Source: Pedosphaera sp. (GTDB lineage Bacteria > Verrucomicrobiota > Verrucomicrobiia > Limisphaerales > SIBH01). From it: a DNA stretch of 64,000 bases. A program made the position numbers and the translations under genes. Within the stretch, counting starts at the first letter, position 1. Each line of letters starts with the position of its first letter. The notes beneath the pieces are model-generated. The model saw nothing but the letters and a program-made list of their open reading frames with translations, ran no database searches and was not told where the DNA came from. Shown piece after piece: positions 39,300-50,403 of the stretch. Where the stretch lies: NCBI GenBank assembly GCA_031414955.1, contig JANOQV010000308.1:1-64000 (forward strand). Direction: 5' to 3'.

Positions 39300-40739
39300 T
39301 CAAGCTGACCAACCGGCCCGGTTCTGACGTTTCACATACTGTTCGGCTTCGGGCGCATTGGTGGCGCGCATGTTCGGGCCGTCCCATTCGAGCTTACGGC
39401 CCACGCCGACGCGCAGGGCTATGCAACCGAGCAGGATGCTTTCCGTGAGATAGGCGGCGACGTCGAAGTTCGAGTAGGCGGCCGGGCCGCCGTTCATGGC
39501 CGCAAACCATTCCTGGTCGTGGCCCGGCGAGCGCAGGATGGTCTTGGGCACCGCCAGGCAGGCCTCGTGCTTGTCGCCCTGCTGATAAGCCTTTTCCCCG
39601 TTGAGGATGACTTGGAAACGCGCGCCGTAATCGTCGCCGGCGAAAAGCTTGCCCTTGTCGCCAATGACGAGGCAGCCGCTGGTCGGGAGTTCGTCGCGCT
39701 GGGACACGATCTCGCGGGTCACGTCGGCGCTCGGGCGCAACGGCGAGATGAAGTTGGCCGACTTGCGGTCGGGATTGCCGTCGTACCACCAAAACTTGCA
39801 AGGGGGCAGTCCGTCGCGCTCGGGGAAGTCGAAGCGGATGCGCGTGGTGAGCGGAAAGGTTTCCGGATAAATGCGCGAGGCCACTTCCAACTCCACGGCC
39901 GTCGGGTAGCCGAGCTTCAGGGCGCGGAAAGGCATGTTCACCGTGTGGCAGGCCATGTCGCCGAGGGCGCCGGTGCCGAAATCGTACCAACCGCGCCAGG
40001 CGAAGTTGTGGTAAACGCTCTTCTTGAACGGACGCATCGCCGCCGGCCCCAGCCAGAGATCCCAATCCAGGTTCGCCGGCACGGGATCGGAACCGGAAGG
40101 TCGCATCAAGCCCTGCGGCCAGATGGGGCGATTGGACCAGACGTGCAGTTCGCGCGGCGCACCGATGATGCCGGCATCGATGACCTCCACGGCGCGGCGC
40201 AAGCCGTCATTGGCGCTGCCCTGGTTGCCCATCTGTGTGGCCAGCTTGTTCTCCTTGGCCAGGCGGCGCATCTCGCGCGCTTCCCACACCGTCTGGGTGA
40301 GAGGCTTTTGACAGTAAATGTGTTTGCCCATCTTCATGGCCGTGATGCCGACCAGGCCGTGCATGTGGTCAGGCGTGGAAACGGTCACGGCGTCGATGGA
40401 CTTGCCGACCTCGTCGAACATCTTGCGCCAGTCCTTGAAGAGCTTCGCGTCGTAGGTGCGGTTGGCCTTGGTGGCCTTGTCCCGGAACGACTTGTCCTTG
40501 CCGGTCAGGGTGTTGGAGTCCACGTCGCAGAGCGCGACAATGTTGCCCCCGAGGTTGAAGGCGCTGTTGGAGTCGCTGTCGCCTTTTCCGCCCACGCCGA
40601 TGCAGGCAATGTTGATCTTGCTGTTGGCGTTCTGCGTCTTCGCGATGAAGGGCGCACCTAGAATCACCCCGCCCGTGAGCAGCGAGGATGATTTGATGAA
40701 GTCACGACGTGACCCGTAATGGAAAGTTTGCTTTGGCAT
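39300..40739 (-). CDS. Tat-exported Gfo/Idh/MocA family oxidoreductase
   Basis: SRRDFIK Tat motif, IGVGGKG, STPDHMH, YCQKP, WDLWLGP, GDMACH. Confidence 0.93.
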   Translation of the reverse strand: MPKQTFHYGSRRDFIKSSSLLTGGVILGAPFIAKTQNANSKINIACIGVGGKGDSDSNSAFNLGGNIVALCDVDSNTLTGKDKSFRDKATKANRTYDAKLFKDWRKMFDEVGKSIDAVTVSTPDHMHGLVGITAMKMGKHIYCQKPLTQTVWEAREMRRLAKENKLATQMGNQGSANDGLRRAVEVIDAGIIGAPRELHVWSNRPIWPQGLMRPSGSDPVPANLDWDLWLGPAAMRPFKKSVYHNFAWRGWYDFGTGALGDMACHTVNMPFRALKLGYPTAVELEVASRIYPETFPLTTRIRFDFPERDGLPPCKFWWYDGNPDRKSANFISPLRPSADVTREIVSQRDELPTSGCLVIGDKGKLFAGDDYGARFQVILNGEKAYQQGDKHEACLAVPKTILRSPGHDQEWFAAMNGGPAAYSNFDVAAYLTESILLGCIALRVGVGRKLEWDGPNMRATNAPEAEQYVKRQNRAGWSA

Positions 40740-40823
40740 GGGCCGTTCGTACGCCTGCGGCCCGGAGAGGACAAGGACATTTTGCAAAAGACCACGGCGG
40801 CGGGGCTTCTTGAAGTTGCGGCT

Positions 40824-40918
40824 ATCCGAAAGCGGTGCTCAAGCGACCGCACTCCAAACGCTTCGCGCGGCACGAGGCGTCGGCCTTGGCACGCCAGCGT
40901 TTGGAGTGCGAAGGCTTT
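40824..40918. repeat. REP-like inverted pair
   Basis: Perfect 15-bp arms CGCACTCCAAACGCT (40848-40862) and AGCGTTTGGAGTGCG (40896-40910). Confidence 0.8.
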
Positions 40919-40938
40919 CTGACCGTGGGTCCGGCACC

Positions 40939-42117
40939 TCACACCGATTTGAGCGCGCCGATCACGGGCAGACGCGCGGCCCGGATCGCCGGGGGCAGAC
41001 TGCCGACCACGCCCACGGTCAAGGCGAAGACCAACCCCTTGAGCAAATCGGGCGGGGTGATTTGGAATTGAAAAACCACTTCGCTGAAGGTGTTGAAGTT
41101 CATCGTCCCAAAGCGCACGCCCCAGCCCAGGCAGATCGCCTGCGCCAGCAAGGCCAGCCCGCAACCCAGCAACCCGCCGACCACGGCCAGCATCGCGCCC
41201 TCGGCGATGAAGCAGCCCAGCACAGTGCGCCGACGGAAGCCCAGCACGCGCAAGGTGCCGATTTCGCGCGTGCGCGAGGCGATGCTCGCATACATCGTGT
41301 TCATGGCCGCGAACACCGCCCCGATGGACATGGCGGCGGCGAGCACCGTGCCCATGAAGCGGATCGGCTTCGCGGTCATGGTCTGCGCACTGTAATAGGC
41401 CACCTCGGAATCGACGCGCAGGGGCAGGCGCTTGTCCGATTCAATGCGCTGCCGCAAGGCCGCCGCGTCGTTGGTGTTTGCGACGCGCAGGAGCAGGCTG
41501 GAGAAAGCGTCCCGGTCGAAGATCGAGCGCGCTTCATCGGCGTCCATCCACATCTCGGAATCAAAGGCGCTGTTGCCGCCCTCGAACCATCCGACCACGG
41601 TCATCTCATGCGGGCCAGTCTTGAACTTCTGTCCGACCGCACATTGGGCGAAGCGCTCGGCCATTTTGCGGCTCACGACGGTCTCGCGATGGCCGGGCGA
41701 GAACCAGCGCCCCGCCACCAGCTTCACTTGCGGACGGAGCGCAATCCCCTGCCCCGTCACGCCGCGCATGGAGACATTGGCCGAACCCCCGTCCCGGCGC
41801 GGGAGGTTGATCAGAATGACCAGGTCGGCGGAGATGAGCGGCTGACCCTGGGCGTCGCGCTCGATTTGCGGGAAGAACTGGATTTGCTGGAACTGCTGGC
41901 GGGTGACGATGCTGCTGGATTCGGCGGTGGAGCCTTTGCGGACAATCATCAAGTTGCGCGGATCGCCGGTGTTCTGACTGGAGCGCACCAACCCGCCGGC
42001 CATGGCCTGCATGAGCACATACACGGTGACGACCAGGGCCACGCTGAAGGTGGTCGCGATGGTGGCCCGCCAGCGGACGAAGACGTTGCGAAGATTGTAT
42101 TGGAAGGCGAGAGGCAT
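40939..42117 (-). CDS. ABC transporter permease (MacB/FtsX-like)
   Basis: TM1, periplasmic domain, NTMY..IASRTREIGTLRVLGF, PAIRAAR. Confidence 0.92.
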   Translation of the reverse strand: MPLAFQYNLRNVFVRWRATIATTFSVALVVTVYVLMQAMAGGLVRSSQNTGDPRNLMIVRKGSTAESSSIVTRQQFQQIQFFPQIERDAQGQPLISADLVILINLPRRDGGSANVSMRGVTGQGIALRPQVKLVAGRWFSPGHRETVVSRKMAERFAQCAVGQKFKTGPHEMTVVGWFEGGNSAFDSEMWMDADEARSIFDRDAFSSLLLRVANTNDAAALRQRIESDKRLPLRVDSEVAYYSAQTMTAKPIRFMGTVLAAAMSIGAVFAAMNTMYASIASRTREIGTLRVLGFRRRTVLGCFIAEGAMLAVVGGLLGCGLALLAQAICLGWGVRFGTMNFNTFSEVVFQFQITPPDLLKGLVFALTVGVVGSLPPAIRAARLPVIGALKSV

Positions 42118-42120
42118 TTA

Positions 42121-42265
42121 GAAAATCCAAATTCCAAATTCCAAATCCCAAATAAACTCCAATCTCCAATCTCCAAATCCCAATCGCCTGCCATGCCGGC
42201 CCGCCGGTTTGGAATTTGATTTTTGGAATTTGTTTGGGATTTGGATTTTGGGATTTGGGATTTTC
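42121..42265. repeat. Inverted heptamer array element, copy C
   Basis: GAAAATCCAAATTCCAAATTCCAAATCCCAAATAAACTCCAA ... TTGGAATTTGTTTGGGATTTGGATTTTGGGATTTGGGATTTTC; same architecture and 145-bp length as copy A. Confidence 0.9.
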
Positions 42266-42267
42266 AT

Positions 42268-43413
42268 TCAGTCCAGTGACTTCAATCCTTGCACCACGCT
42301 CATCCGCATCACCGACAAGGAGGGCATGAGACTCGAGAGAATGCCCAAGCCGGCGGCCACCACGGTGGTCACACCGAGGATCTCAGGCGTGACCTCCAGC
42401 GCGGTAATCATGCCGTTGGTCAGCTTCGGGATGTCGCCGAAAGTGAACAGGCAGTAGCCGCCGCCGATGCCAAGCAGCGCCCCCGCCGCCGCCAGACCAA
42501 AGCTCTCGGCGAGGATGAAGGCGAACAGCTCGCGCCGCCGGTAGCCGATGGCCTTGAGGATGGCCAGCTCGCGGAAACGCTCGCGCACCGCCATGCTCAT
42601 GGTGCTGGCCGTGACCAGCAGGAGCGTAAAGACCACCGCCGACGAGATGAGCGAGACGAGCAGCCGGATGTTGCCCCACATGGAGATGAATCCGAGTTGG
42701 AAGGCGCGCTCCGTCTCGGCCCGCACTTCCGCCGAGGTGTTGAGGAAGGCCTGGTTGATCGCCTCGATGACCGCCGGCATGTCGTCCGCCGCCCGCACCT
42801 TGATCCACCACATGCCGACCTGACCGGACTGCCCGCTGGACTCGTCGAGGTAATCCTGGCGGAAGAACATGTTCCGATCATCCTGCGAACCGGCGTAGAT
42901 GCCGACCAGTTTGAACTCGAGCGTGACGGGATAAACCGTGCTCTCCATGACAATCCGGTCGCCGACCTTGAGGCCGTATTTGTCCGCGCTGACCTTGCCC
43001 AGCACGCAGCCGGTACGCTCGGACTGAAAGGCGGCGTAAGCTTCTTCCGTCATTTTGGCGTCGCCGAAAACCGCGCGCAACTTCGTCGGATCGAGCGCAA
43101 ACTGGGCAAAGCTCATGCTCTCCTCATTCTTGTACTTGCCGCCGAACCAGGTGAAGGGCGTGACCGCCGCCACCCCGGGAATGCGCTCAATGATGGGCCG
43201 CTGTCGGGCGGGCAGGAGGTTGGCAATGGAGATTTTGTTCCGCACCGCCACGCGCAGCTCCGCGCCGGCGCTCTCCGGCGGATGCGTGACCAGGCGCAGG
43301 AACACCATCAGGAACAAGAGCAGAAACAGGCTCACCGCCACGCTGAGAATGGAGAGCGCGGCCCGGCGTTTGTTCCGCAGCGCGTTCTTGGCGATGAAGG
43401 AGGCGAAAGTCAT
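42268..43413 (-). CDS. ABC transporter permease (MacB/FtsX-like)
   Basis: KNALRNKRR, TMSMAVRER.RELAILKAIGY. Confidence 0.92.
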   Translation of the reverse strand: MTFASFIAKNALRNKRRAALSILSVAVSLFLLLFLMVFLRLVTHPPESAGAELRVAVRNKISIANLLPARQRPIIERIPGVAAVTPFTWFGGKYKNEESMSFAQFALDPTKLRAVFGDAKMTEEAYAAFQSERTGCVLGKVSADKYGLKVGDRIVMESTVYPVTLEFKLVGIYAGSQDDRNMFFRQDYLDESSGQSGQVGMWWIKVRAADDMPAVIEAINQAFLNTSAEVRAETERAFQLGFISMWGNIRLLVSLISSAVVFTLLLVTASTMSMAVRERFRELAILKAIGYRRRELFAFILAESFGLAAAGALLGIGGGYCLFTFGDIPKLTNGMITALEVTPEILGVTTVVAAGLGILSSLMPSLSVMRMSVVQGLKSLD

Positions 43414-43425
43414 GGGGCCAATGAG

Positions 43426-43520
43426 AAATGACGAATGACGAATGACGAATGACGAATGGAAACCGACGAGCGAAAGGTGCCCTCCCCTTTTGTCATTCGT
43501 CATTCTGCATTCGTCATTCA
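43426..43520. repeat. Inverted (GAATGAC)n heptamer array
   Basis: AATGAC GAATGAC GAATGAC GAATGAC GAAT ... GTCATTC GTCATTC TGCATTC GTCATTC. Confidence 0.9.
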
Positions 43521-43528
43521 TAACCCTC

Positions 43529-44212
43529 TCACTCTTTCACCAGCTCTCCCTTCTCCAGATGAATCGTCCGCGAGCCAAAGGCAGCGGCCTTCGGATCGTG
43601 CGTGACCATGATGACGGTCTTGCCGAGCTGGCCGCTCAGGCTCTTCAAAATATTCATCACCTCGGTGGCCGACTGGTGATCCAGGTTGCCCGTCGGCTCG
43701 TCAGCCACGATGAGCGCGGGGTCGGTCACGAGCGCGCGGGCGATGGCCACGCGCTGTTCCTGCCCGCCGGACAACTGCCGAGGCAGATGTTTCATGCGAT
43801 CCTTCAACCCGACCAGCGAGAGCGCATTCTCGACCTGCTCGCGCCGTTCACGCCGGTTTAACTTGGTCAACAGCAAGGGCAGCTCCACGTTTTCAAAGGC
43901 GGTCAGCACGGGAATCAAATTGAAGGTCTGGAAGACGAAGCCCACGTTCTGGTTCCGCCAGTCGGCCAGGTCGGATTCATTGAGCAGCGGCACGTTCACG
44001 CCCTGCACACGGCAGGTGCCGCTGGTCGGGCGATCCACCCCGGCAATGATGTGCAGCAAGGTGGATTTGCCTGAGCCGCTCGGTCCCATGAGCGCGAGGA
44101 ATTCGCCCGGTGCGATGTCCACCGACACGTTGTCCAGCGCGGTGACTTTGATCTCCCCCTGCAAATAGGTTTTGGTCAGATCCCGGATTTCAACAATGGA
44201 TGCCTCAGCCAT
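43529..44212 (-). CDS. ABC transporter ATP-binding protein (LolD/MacB-like)
   Basis: [37 protein letters not shown]. Confidence 0.95.
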   Translation of the reverse strand: MAEASIVEIRDLTKTYLQGEIKVTALDNVSVDIAPGEFLALMGPSGSGKSTLLHIIAGVDRPTSGTCRVQGVNVPLLNESDLADWRNQNVGFVFQTFNLIPVLTAFENVELPLLLTKLNRRERREQVENALSLVGLKDRMKHLPRQLSGGQEQRVAIARALVTDPALIVADEPTGNLDHQSATEVMNILKSLSGQLGKTVIMVTHDPKAAAFGSRTIHLEKGELVKE

Positions 44213-44318
44213 GACGCGCCGTTGATAAGGGACGCCGGCCATGCTGTCCACGGCGATAGCGGGAAAGCACGCGGCCGGGCCGGAAGTCCAGGTCGAGGGG
44301 AACCCCGCGCAGCGCGGC

Positions 44319-45722
44319 CTACTTTTTGGGGGCGAGCATCCGGCGCACGGCGGCTTCGAGAGCGGCGCTGTGCTTTTTCCGGCCCTCGACCGTGGCCCAG
44401 GCGGCGGTCGAGCCGGAGGATTCAGCGAGAGTTCCAGTGAGGCCGCTGACGTTGGCCGCAGAGACGGAAGTGCCGGCGACGGAGTATTGCTGATCGCCGA
44501 AAGTGATGATGCTGCCGCCGGGGGCGATCACATCCACGGAGGCGGCGCGGTTGGCGTAGTTCGCAAGGTTGCCGGAGCGATCGCTGGCCGTGACGGAAAT
44601 GACTTCGGGATAACTCGCCGGGTAGGTCTCGGTCTGGACGGGGGTGTTGCCGGCGGAGGCGATGAAGACCACGCCCTGGTTGTGCGCACTGATGATGGTG
44701 TTGTGCATGAACGAGCTGTCGCCTTCGCCACCCAGGCTCAGATTCACAATCATCGCGCCGCCATTCACGGCCTTGTAGATGCCGTTGGCGATATCGAAGG
44801 TGGTGGTTTGCTCGCCGCCCTCGGAATACACGTTCACCGGCAGGAGGCGCACGGTGGTGGACTTGTCGTCGCTATTGGCGGCCACGGCGCGGAGCAGTGT
44901 TTCGGCCATGGAAGTGCCGTGGGTGGGCGCACCGCCACTCGTGGTGTCGCTGACGGCGGTGCCGGGAAGCAGAAATTCGGAGAAGCGACCTTCCTTGGGC
45001 TGCACCGCCGTGTCCACCAGTCCGATGACCACGTATTGGCCGTCGGGCGACGCTTTGGGCGAAAGGCCCAACGGGCCACCTGGCGTGCCCAGGGGCCGCG
45101 AGCCTTCCGGACGGGAGACGTAATAATTATTGTCCACGCTCTCCACGGCGGGATTGCTGGCGAGATCGGTGCGCGCTGACTGCGCTGACGCATCATCATC
45201 GAAGCTCAGCCGGTAGGTGTTCTGGCCCTCGGCGCGGCCCACGATTTTGGCACCCAGCTTTTTCGCCAGGGCCTCGATGCTTTCCCCCGGCTTCAGCGTC
45301 ACGATGAGTTCGTTGCCGATGAGACCCTTGTTTGACTTGGCCTCGGCGGCCTCGGCAGCGGGTTGAATGGCCTGGGTGGCCTGGTTGCGGGAACTGCGAA
45401 AGACATAGAGCCGGGCCGGGCCGTTGGTCTCGGGAATAAGCGCGTAGCTGTAATCGCCGAGCAAGCGGCGCAGCGCGTCGCCGGGAGCCTTGCCGGTGAA
45501 GCGGGCCGGGATCCGGTTGGTGATGCCGGGGTCGAGATAAATGTGCCAGCCGCTGGAGCGGGCCACGCGCTGCAAGAGCTGCGGCACGGTCCAGGTCTCG
45601 ATGCGGGCCTCGACGATGTCACGCTCGGCATCCCATTTAAGCAGGTCGGCGGAGAATGCGGCGGGAGTGGCCGTGATCCAAATCGTGATCGCCAGACTGA
45701 GTTGCTTCTGCCAGTGCTTCAT
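44319..45722 (-). CDS. Secreted S8 (subtilisin) family serine peptidase with extra N-terminal domain
   Basis: Triad motifs IGLVDT, HGT and GTS; NLSLG, SAGN, YPA; signal peptide; prodomain-like ELIVTLKPG segment. Confidence 0.85.
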   Translation of the reverse strand: MKHWQKQLSLAITIWITATPAAFSADLLKWDAERDIVEARIETWTVPQLLQRVARSSGWHIYLDPGITNRIPARFTGKAPGDALRRLLGDYSYALIPETNGPARLYVFRSSRNQATQAIQPAAEAAEAKSNKGLIGNELIVTLKPGESIEALAKKLGAKIVGRAEGQNTYRLSFDDDASAQSARTDLASNPAVESVDNNYYVSRPEGSRPLGTPGGPLGLSPKASPDGQYVVIGLVDTAVQPKEGRFSEFLLPGTAVSDTTSGGAPTHGTSMAETLLRAVAANSDDKSTTVRLLPVNVYSEGGEQTTTFDIANGIYKAVNGGAMIVNLSLGGEGDSSFMHNTIISAHNQGVVFIASAGNTPVQTETYPASYPEVISVTASDRSGNLANYANRAASVDVIAPGGSIITFGDQQYSVAGTSVSAANVSGLTGTLAESSGSTAAWATVEGRKKHSAALEAAVRRMLAPKK

Positions 45723-45949
45723 GCGCGCGCAATATAACGAAAGGAAACCCCAGCGCGACAGAAAGGTTGCTGACCGCACCTGCGGCCCGTGGTCGAAAGC
45801 GGAAGCGAGGCCTGCGCCGGCCCTCCGCACTCCGGCTCGGTGCGGTCCTGGGGCTGCTCATCGGCCGGGGTGTTCAGCCCGCGCGAATCTTGGGCGGAGC
45901 GTTTAGTCCTGGGAGCAAACCCGTTGCTGGGCCAACCGGCGGAAGGAGA

Positions 45950-46024
45950 TGGTGCGCGGTACAGGGTTCGAACCTGTGACCCCTACCGTGTCAAGGTAAT
46001 GCTCTACCACTGAGCTAACCGCGC
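45950..46024 (-). tRNA. tRNA-Val (GAC)
   Basis: GCGCGGTTAGCTCAGTGGTAGAGCATTACCTTGACACGGTAGGGGTCACAGGTTCGAACCCTGTACCGCGCACCA; cloverleaf, anticodon GAC, encoded CCA. Confidence 0.98.
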
Positions 46025-46235
46025 ACTGAAAAACGGGAGCGCATTTCGCCAAAGCCCCGCCTCGAAGGCAAGCGTAGAAATGTCATTTATGGATCGGCGA
46101 GGAGCGCCTTGAAAGAATCGCCGCCACCATCCTTGCCTCGTCCGTGGGGTCGGATTGAAAGGCTGTTCTGCGGCGGACCAGTTCCCAGGCCTGGCCGGTT
46201 TTCGATTGCTCCGGCTTTCGCCACGGGCTTATAGA

Positions 46236-49200
46236 ATGAGCACCGTCAGGAAAACCGTGCGCAAACTCTTACATCGCGTGACTGACCGCCTGAAACACTC
46301 CGGCGAGGGTGCGATCATCCCGGCGGACGAACCGCTCCGCATCGCCGCCGTCCGGCGCTACGACATTCTCGACACGCTGCCCGAGGCGGTCTTTGACGAT
46401 TTGACCAAGCTGGCGGGAAACATCTGCGCCATGCCAGTGTCCCTGCTCGTGCTGGTGGACGAGCACCGCCTCTGGTTCAAGAGCAAGATCGGGGTCGAAC
46501 TTTCCGAGGTGATGCGGGACGCGGCCCCCTGCGGCTACGCCATCCTCGGCGAGGAGTTGCTGGTGGTGGAGAACCTGCACCGCGATCCGCGCTTTGCGAA
46601 ATCTCCGCTGGTCAAGGGCGGGCCGCAGTTGCGCTTCTACGCCACGACGCCGCTCCTCACCTCGGATGGCTTCCGCATCGGGACGCTCTGCGTGGCCGAC
46701 CGGCGCCAGCGGCGGCTCTCGGCCCAACAACGCGAGGCCCTGCGCATCCTGGCCCACCAGGTCATGGCGCAACTGGAACTGCGGCGGCATCTCGTCGAAC
46801 TGGAACGCAGCCTCTTCGAGCACCGCCAAACCCAGGCTGCGCTCAAAAACTCCGAGCTGTTTTACCAGACACTCGTTGAGTCGTTGCCCCAGAACATCCT
46901 GCGCAAGGACACGCAGGGCCGGTTCGTCTTCGTGAACCAAAAGTTCTGCGCCACTCTCGGCCAGCCTTTGAGCGAAGTGATCGGCAAGACGGACCGCGAT
47001 TTTTTCCCGGCCCACCTGGCCGACAAGTATCACCGCGACGACTTGCGCGTCATGGCCACGCGCGATCCCGTGGACACCATCGAGGCGAACCAGACCCCGC
47101 AAGGCGATCGCATCTACGTCCACGTCATCAAGACACCGCTCTACGATGCGGCCGGCAACGTGGTGGGCATCCAGGGAATTTTCTGGGACGTGACCGAGCG
47201 GCGGAAGACCGAGGAAGCCCTGGCCTACGAGCGCGACCTGCTGCGCGCCTTGCTGGATAACATTCCCGACCGGATATATTTCAAGGATCTGCAGTCACGT
47301 TTCCTGCGCATCAGCCTTTCGATGGCTCGTCGCCTGGGGGTGGGCAACCCGGAGGACGTGGTGGGCAAGACGGATTTTGATTTCTACCCCAAGACCATGG
47401 CCTCGGAGTTTTTCGCCGACGAGCAGCGCATCGTCCAGACCGGGCAGCCATTGATCAACAAACTGGAGCGCATCGTGGACCGGGACGGCCGCGAGAGCTG
47501 GGCCTCGGTCACCAAGGTGCCGCTCTACAACAAGTCCGGCACCGTCACCGGCATCATCGGCATCTCGCGCGACGTGACCAAACTGAAGGAGGCCGAGTCC
47601 GCCCTGGAGCACGCCCGCGACGCGGCGCTGGAGACGGCGCGGGTCAAATCCGAATTCCTGGCCAACATGAGCCACGAGATTCGCACGCCGATGAACGCCA
47701 TCACCGGCATGACCGACCTGCTGGCCGACACCCGGCTCGACGAGGAGCAGCGTGAATTCGTGGAGACCGTGCGGGGCAGCACCGACACGCTGCTCAACAT
47801 CATCAACGACATTCTGGATTTCTCGAAGATCGAAGCGGGCAAGCTGACCATTGAGACGATTGACTTCGACCTGCGCGAAACCATCGAGGACACGGCCGAG
47901 ATGCTCGCGCAGCGCGCCCAGAGCAAGGGCGTGGAACTGCTCCATACCATCGAGTCCAACGTGCCGACCCGGCTGCGCGGCGACCCGCACCGCATCCGCC
48001 AGGTGCTGGCCAACCTGGTGAGCAATGCGGCCAAATTCACGGAGCGCGGGGAGATTGCCATCCGGGTTTCACTCCGAGGCGAAACGGAGGCGGGGGCCCG
48101 CATCCGCGTCGCGGTGTGCGACACCGGCATCGGCATCGGGGCCAAGGCTCTGCCGCTCATTTTCCAGGCCTTCACCCAGGCCGACGGCTCCACCACGCGC
48201 CGTTACGGCGGCACCGGGCTGGGCCTCACCATTTCCAAGCAGCTCGTGGAAATGATGCAGGGGCAGATTGGTGTCGAAAGCAAACCCGCCCAGGGTTCGA
48301 CCTTTTGGTTCGAGCTGCCGCTGGCCAGACAACCCGCGCCGGAACCCACCGAGGCCGCCCCGGATTTTCAAAACCTTCGCGTGCTGGTCGTGGACGACAA
48401 CGCCACCAGCCGCGAGTCCTTGCAACAGCAGTTGGGCCGATGGCGGTTGCGGAGCGCGACCGCGAGCGACGCGCCCGAGGCCTTGAGCCAGCTCCGCTCC
48501 GCCGCCGCCGAAAACGATCCCTTCACCGTCGCCCTGCTCGACCTGCAGATGCCGGGCATGGACGGGTTGACCCTGGCCGGCGCCATCCGCCACGATCCGG
48601 CGCTGACCCGGACCGGCGTGATCATTCTCGCCCCTTTCGGCCAGCGGCTCGATGCCGACCTGATGCACGAGGCCGGTGTCAGCCAGTGCCTGATCAAGCC
48701 GGTGAAACAATCGCGCCTGCTGGATTCGCTGGTCAACACCACGCACGCCCCCGTGGCTTCCGCTCCACCCCACACGCCGCGCGCCGAGGCGGGGCCGCCC
48801 CAGATGAGGCCGGCCGTGCAGCCATTACGAATCCTGCTCGCAGAAGACAACGCCGTGAACCAAAAGCTGGCCCTGCGCCAGTTGCAGAAGCTCGGCTATG
48901 CCGCCCACGCCGTGGGCAATGGCGCGGAAGTGCTGCAAGAAGTTGAACGCTTCGGCTTCGACGTCATTCTCATGGACTGCCAGATGCCGGAGATGGACGG
49001 CTACGAAGTCACGATCCGACTGCGTGAATTTGAGAAACGCAATGCCGGTCGGCGCACGCCCGCCTACATCATTGCCGTCACGGCGCACGCCATGGACGGC
49101 GACCGCGAGCGGTGTCTGAGCGCGGGCATGAACGATTACCTGACCAAACCGCTGCACATCGCGCAGCTCGAGACCGCACTCCTCCGCGCCACGCGCCGAC

Positions 49201-49574
49201 GCCCAGTCACGGCCCCGGTCGAGGCCACGCTCGACCCGGTGAGCATCGCGAGCTTGAAGGAATTGCGTGAGCCGGGCCAGCCTGACCCACTGGTGGAACT
49301 GGTGGGCCTCTTTAATCGCGAGGCCGAGGCCTGCACCGACCGCATGGAGAAAGGGCTGGCGAGTCGTGACCCCGAGATCACCGCGCGCGCCGCGCATTCG
49401 CTCAAGGGTAGTTCCAGCAACCTCGGCGCAGTCCGACTTGCTTCCCTCTGCGCCTCCGTGGAAAAAAACTCCAAGGCGGGCGACTGGAGTCCGGTCGGCG
49501 ATCAACTTCGCGAGATCAAGACCGAGTTGGGCCGCGTGCGGCAGATGCTCCAGGCTGAGATTCAGCCCGAGTGA
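46236..49574 (+). CDS. Cytoplasmic hybrid sensor kinase GAF-PAS-PAS-HisKA-HATPase-REC-REC-HPt
   Basis: [58 protein letters not shown]; no TM segment. Confidence 0.95.
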   Translation: MSTVRKTVRKLLHRVTDRLKHSGEGAIIPADEPLRIAAVRRYDILDTLPEAVFDDLTKLAGNICAMPVSLLVLVDEHRLWFKSKIGVELSEVMRDAAPCGYAILGEELLVVENLHRDPRFAKSPLVKGGPQLRFYATTPLLTSDGFRIGTLCVADRRQRRLSAQQREALRILAHQVMAQLELRRHLVELERSLFEHRQTQAALKNSELFYQTLVESLPQNILRKDTQGRFVFVNQKFCATLGQPLSEVIGKTDRDFFPAHLADKYHRDDLRVMATRDPVDTIEANQTPQGDRIYVHVIKTPLYDAAGNVVGIQGIFWDVTERRKTEEALAYERDLLRALLDNIPDRIYFKDLQSRFLRISLSMARRLGVGNPEDVVGKTDFDFYPKTMASEFFADEQRIVQTGQPLINKLERIVDRDGRESWASVTKVPLYNKSGTVTGIIGISRDVTKLKEAESALEHARDAALETARVKSEFLANMSHEIRTPMNAITGMTDLLADTRLDEEQREFVETVRGSTDTLLNIINDILDFSKIEAGKLTIETIDFDLRETIEDTAEMLAQRAQSKGVELLHTIESNVPTRLRGDPHRIRQVLANLVSNAAKFTERGEIAIRVSLRGETEAGARIRVAVCDTGIGIGAKALPLIFQAFTQADGSTTRRYGGTGLGLTISKQLVEMMQGQIGVESKPAQGSTFWFELPLARQPAPEPTEAAPDFQNLRVLVVDDNATSRESLQQQLGRWRLRSATASDAPEALSQLRSAAAENDPFTVALLDLQMPGMDGLTLAGAIRHDPALTRTGVIILAPFGQRLDADLMHEAGVSQCLIKPVKQSRLLDSLVNTTHAPVASAPPHTPRAEAGPPQMRPAVQPLRILLAEDNAVNQKLALRQLQKLGYAAHAVGNGAEVLQEVERFGFDVILMDCQMPEMDGYEVTIRLREFEKRNAGRRTPAYIIAVTAHAMDGDRERCLSAGMNDYLTKPLHIAQLETALLRATRRRPVTAPVEATLDPVSIASLKELREPGQPDPLVELVGLFNREAEACTDRMEKGLASRDPEITARAAHSLKGSSSNLGAVRLASLCASVEKNSKAGDWSPVGDQLREIKTELGRVRQMLQAEIQPE

Positions 49575-49637
49575 CGCGCTGGATCAGAACCGGCCGGGTG
49601 GCCCCGGCCGAGTCCTTGCCCAGACAGTTTCCATCTG

Positions 49638-49671
49638 AAAAGCGAAACGCCGCCCCGGATTCGGGGCGGCG
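49638..49671 (-). terminator. Hairpin terminator between convergent genes
   Basis: CGCCGCCCCG-GATT-CGGGGCGGCG with TTTCGCTTTT after it on the minus strand. Confidence 0.75.
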
Positions 49672-49703
49672 CAGTCCTGAAACCTTCTGCGATCCTCGGT
49701 TTA

Positions 49704-50234
49704 CTACTTGAGCAAACCCACCAGCACCGCGCCCGCTTCCTGCCGGGGAGAGAGCGCCTTGCGCAAATCCTCCTGGGCCTTATCCAAGGCCGTCTCCTTG
49801 GACTTGCGCGCCTCGCGCACCTTGGACAGTTTGGCCTTCACTTCCTCTGCCGGCGCCTTGTCCTCCAGCGCCTTGGTGAGTTCCTCGACTTCGGGGCTGG
49901 GCTGGGCACCACCCCGATTGCGATTGCCGCCCTGGTCCGCGTTTCCTGCGGGAGCCGCACCGCCCGCACCGCCGCGTCCACCGCGTCCACCACCAAAACC
50001 ACCAAAGCCCGCCCCCATGCGCGCCTCGCGCTGGGCATCCATCACCTTGCCGACGAGCGGTTCGATCTTCTTCCAATCGTCATCACTCTTAACCTCAATG
50101 CGCTCACGGTAGCGATCCATCTGCTGCTGCCGGAACTGGGCGGGGTCGCCCTGCGCCGAAGCGCTATTCGTGAAGAAACCGATCGCGGCCACCGCGGCGG
50201 ACAAGGCGAGCCATTGCTGCATTTTATTTTTCAT
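49704..50234 (-). CDS. Exported helical hypothetical protein with Gly/Arg-rich loop
   Basis: Signal peptide ending ASA-Q, GGFGGGRGGRGG linker, C-terminal LRKALSPRQEA. Confidence 0.85.
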   Translation of the reverse strand: MKNKMQQWLALSAAVAAIGFFTNSASAQGDPAQFRQQQMDRYRERIEVKSDDDWKKIEPLVGKVMDAQREARMGAGFGGFGGGRGGRGGAGGAAPAGNADQGGNRNRGGAQPSPEVEELTKALEDKAPAEEVKAKLSKVREARKSKETALDKAQEDLRKALSPRQEAGAVLVGLLK

Positions 50235-50403
50235 ATTGAATTTGGGTGTTGTGAGGCCAAGACCCGCCCGCCGTCGCTCAAGTTACAAAAGTTTTCCGCC
50301 CCCGGTCCGCTTGGCCTCCACCCTCAACTTTCAAACTATTCGGGCGAAGGCGTGTCTCCATTCAACCCACGGGCACTGCGGTCTGCGAGTCCGGCTCACG
50401 CCT

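Noticed and set aside
39059..39300. Small ORFs or a riboswitch upstream of nadB
   Set aside because: Only a 10-bp direct repeat (GCATCATGGC x2) and the upstream gene's terminator were seen. No recognisable aptamer or credible ORF.
44319..46024. Genomic island integrated at tRNA-Val
   Set aside because: No integrase, no duplicated tRNA 3' end seen in the window, and no compositional shift downstream of the tRNA.
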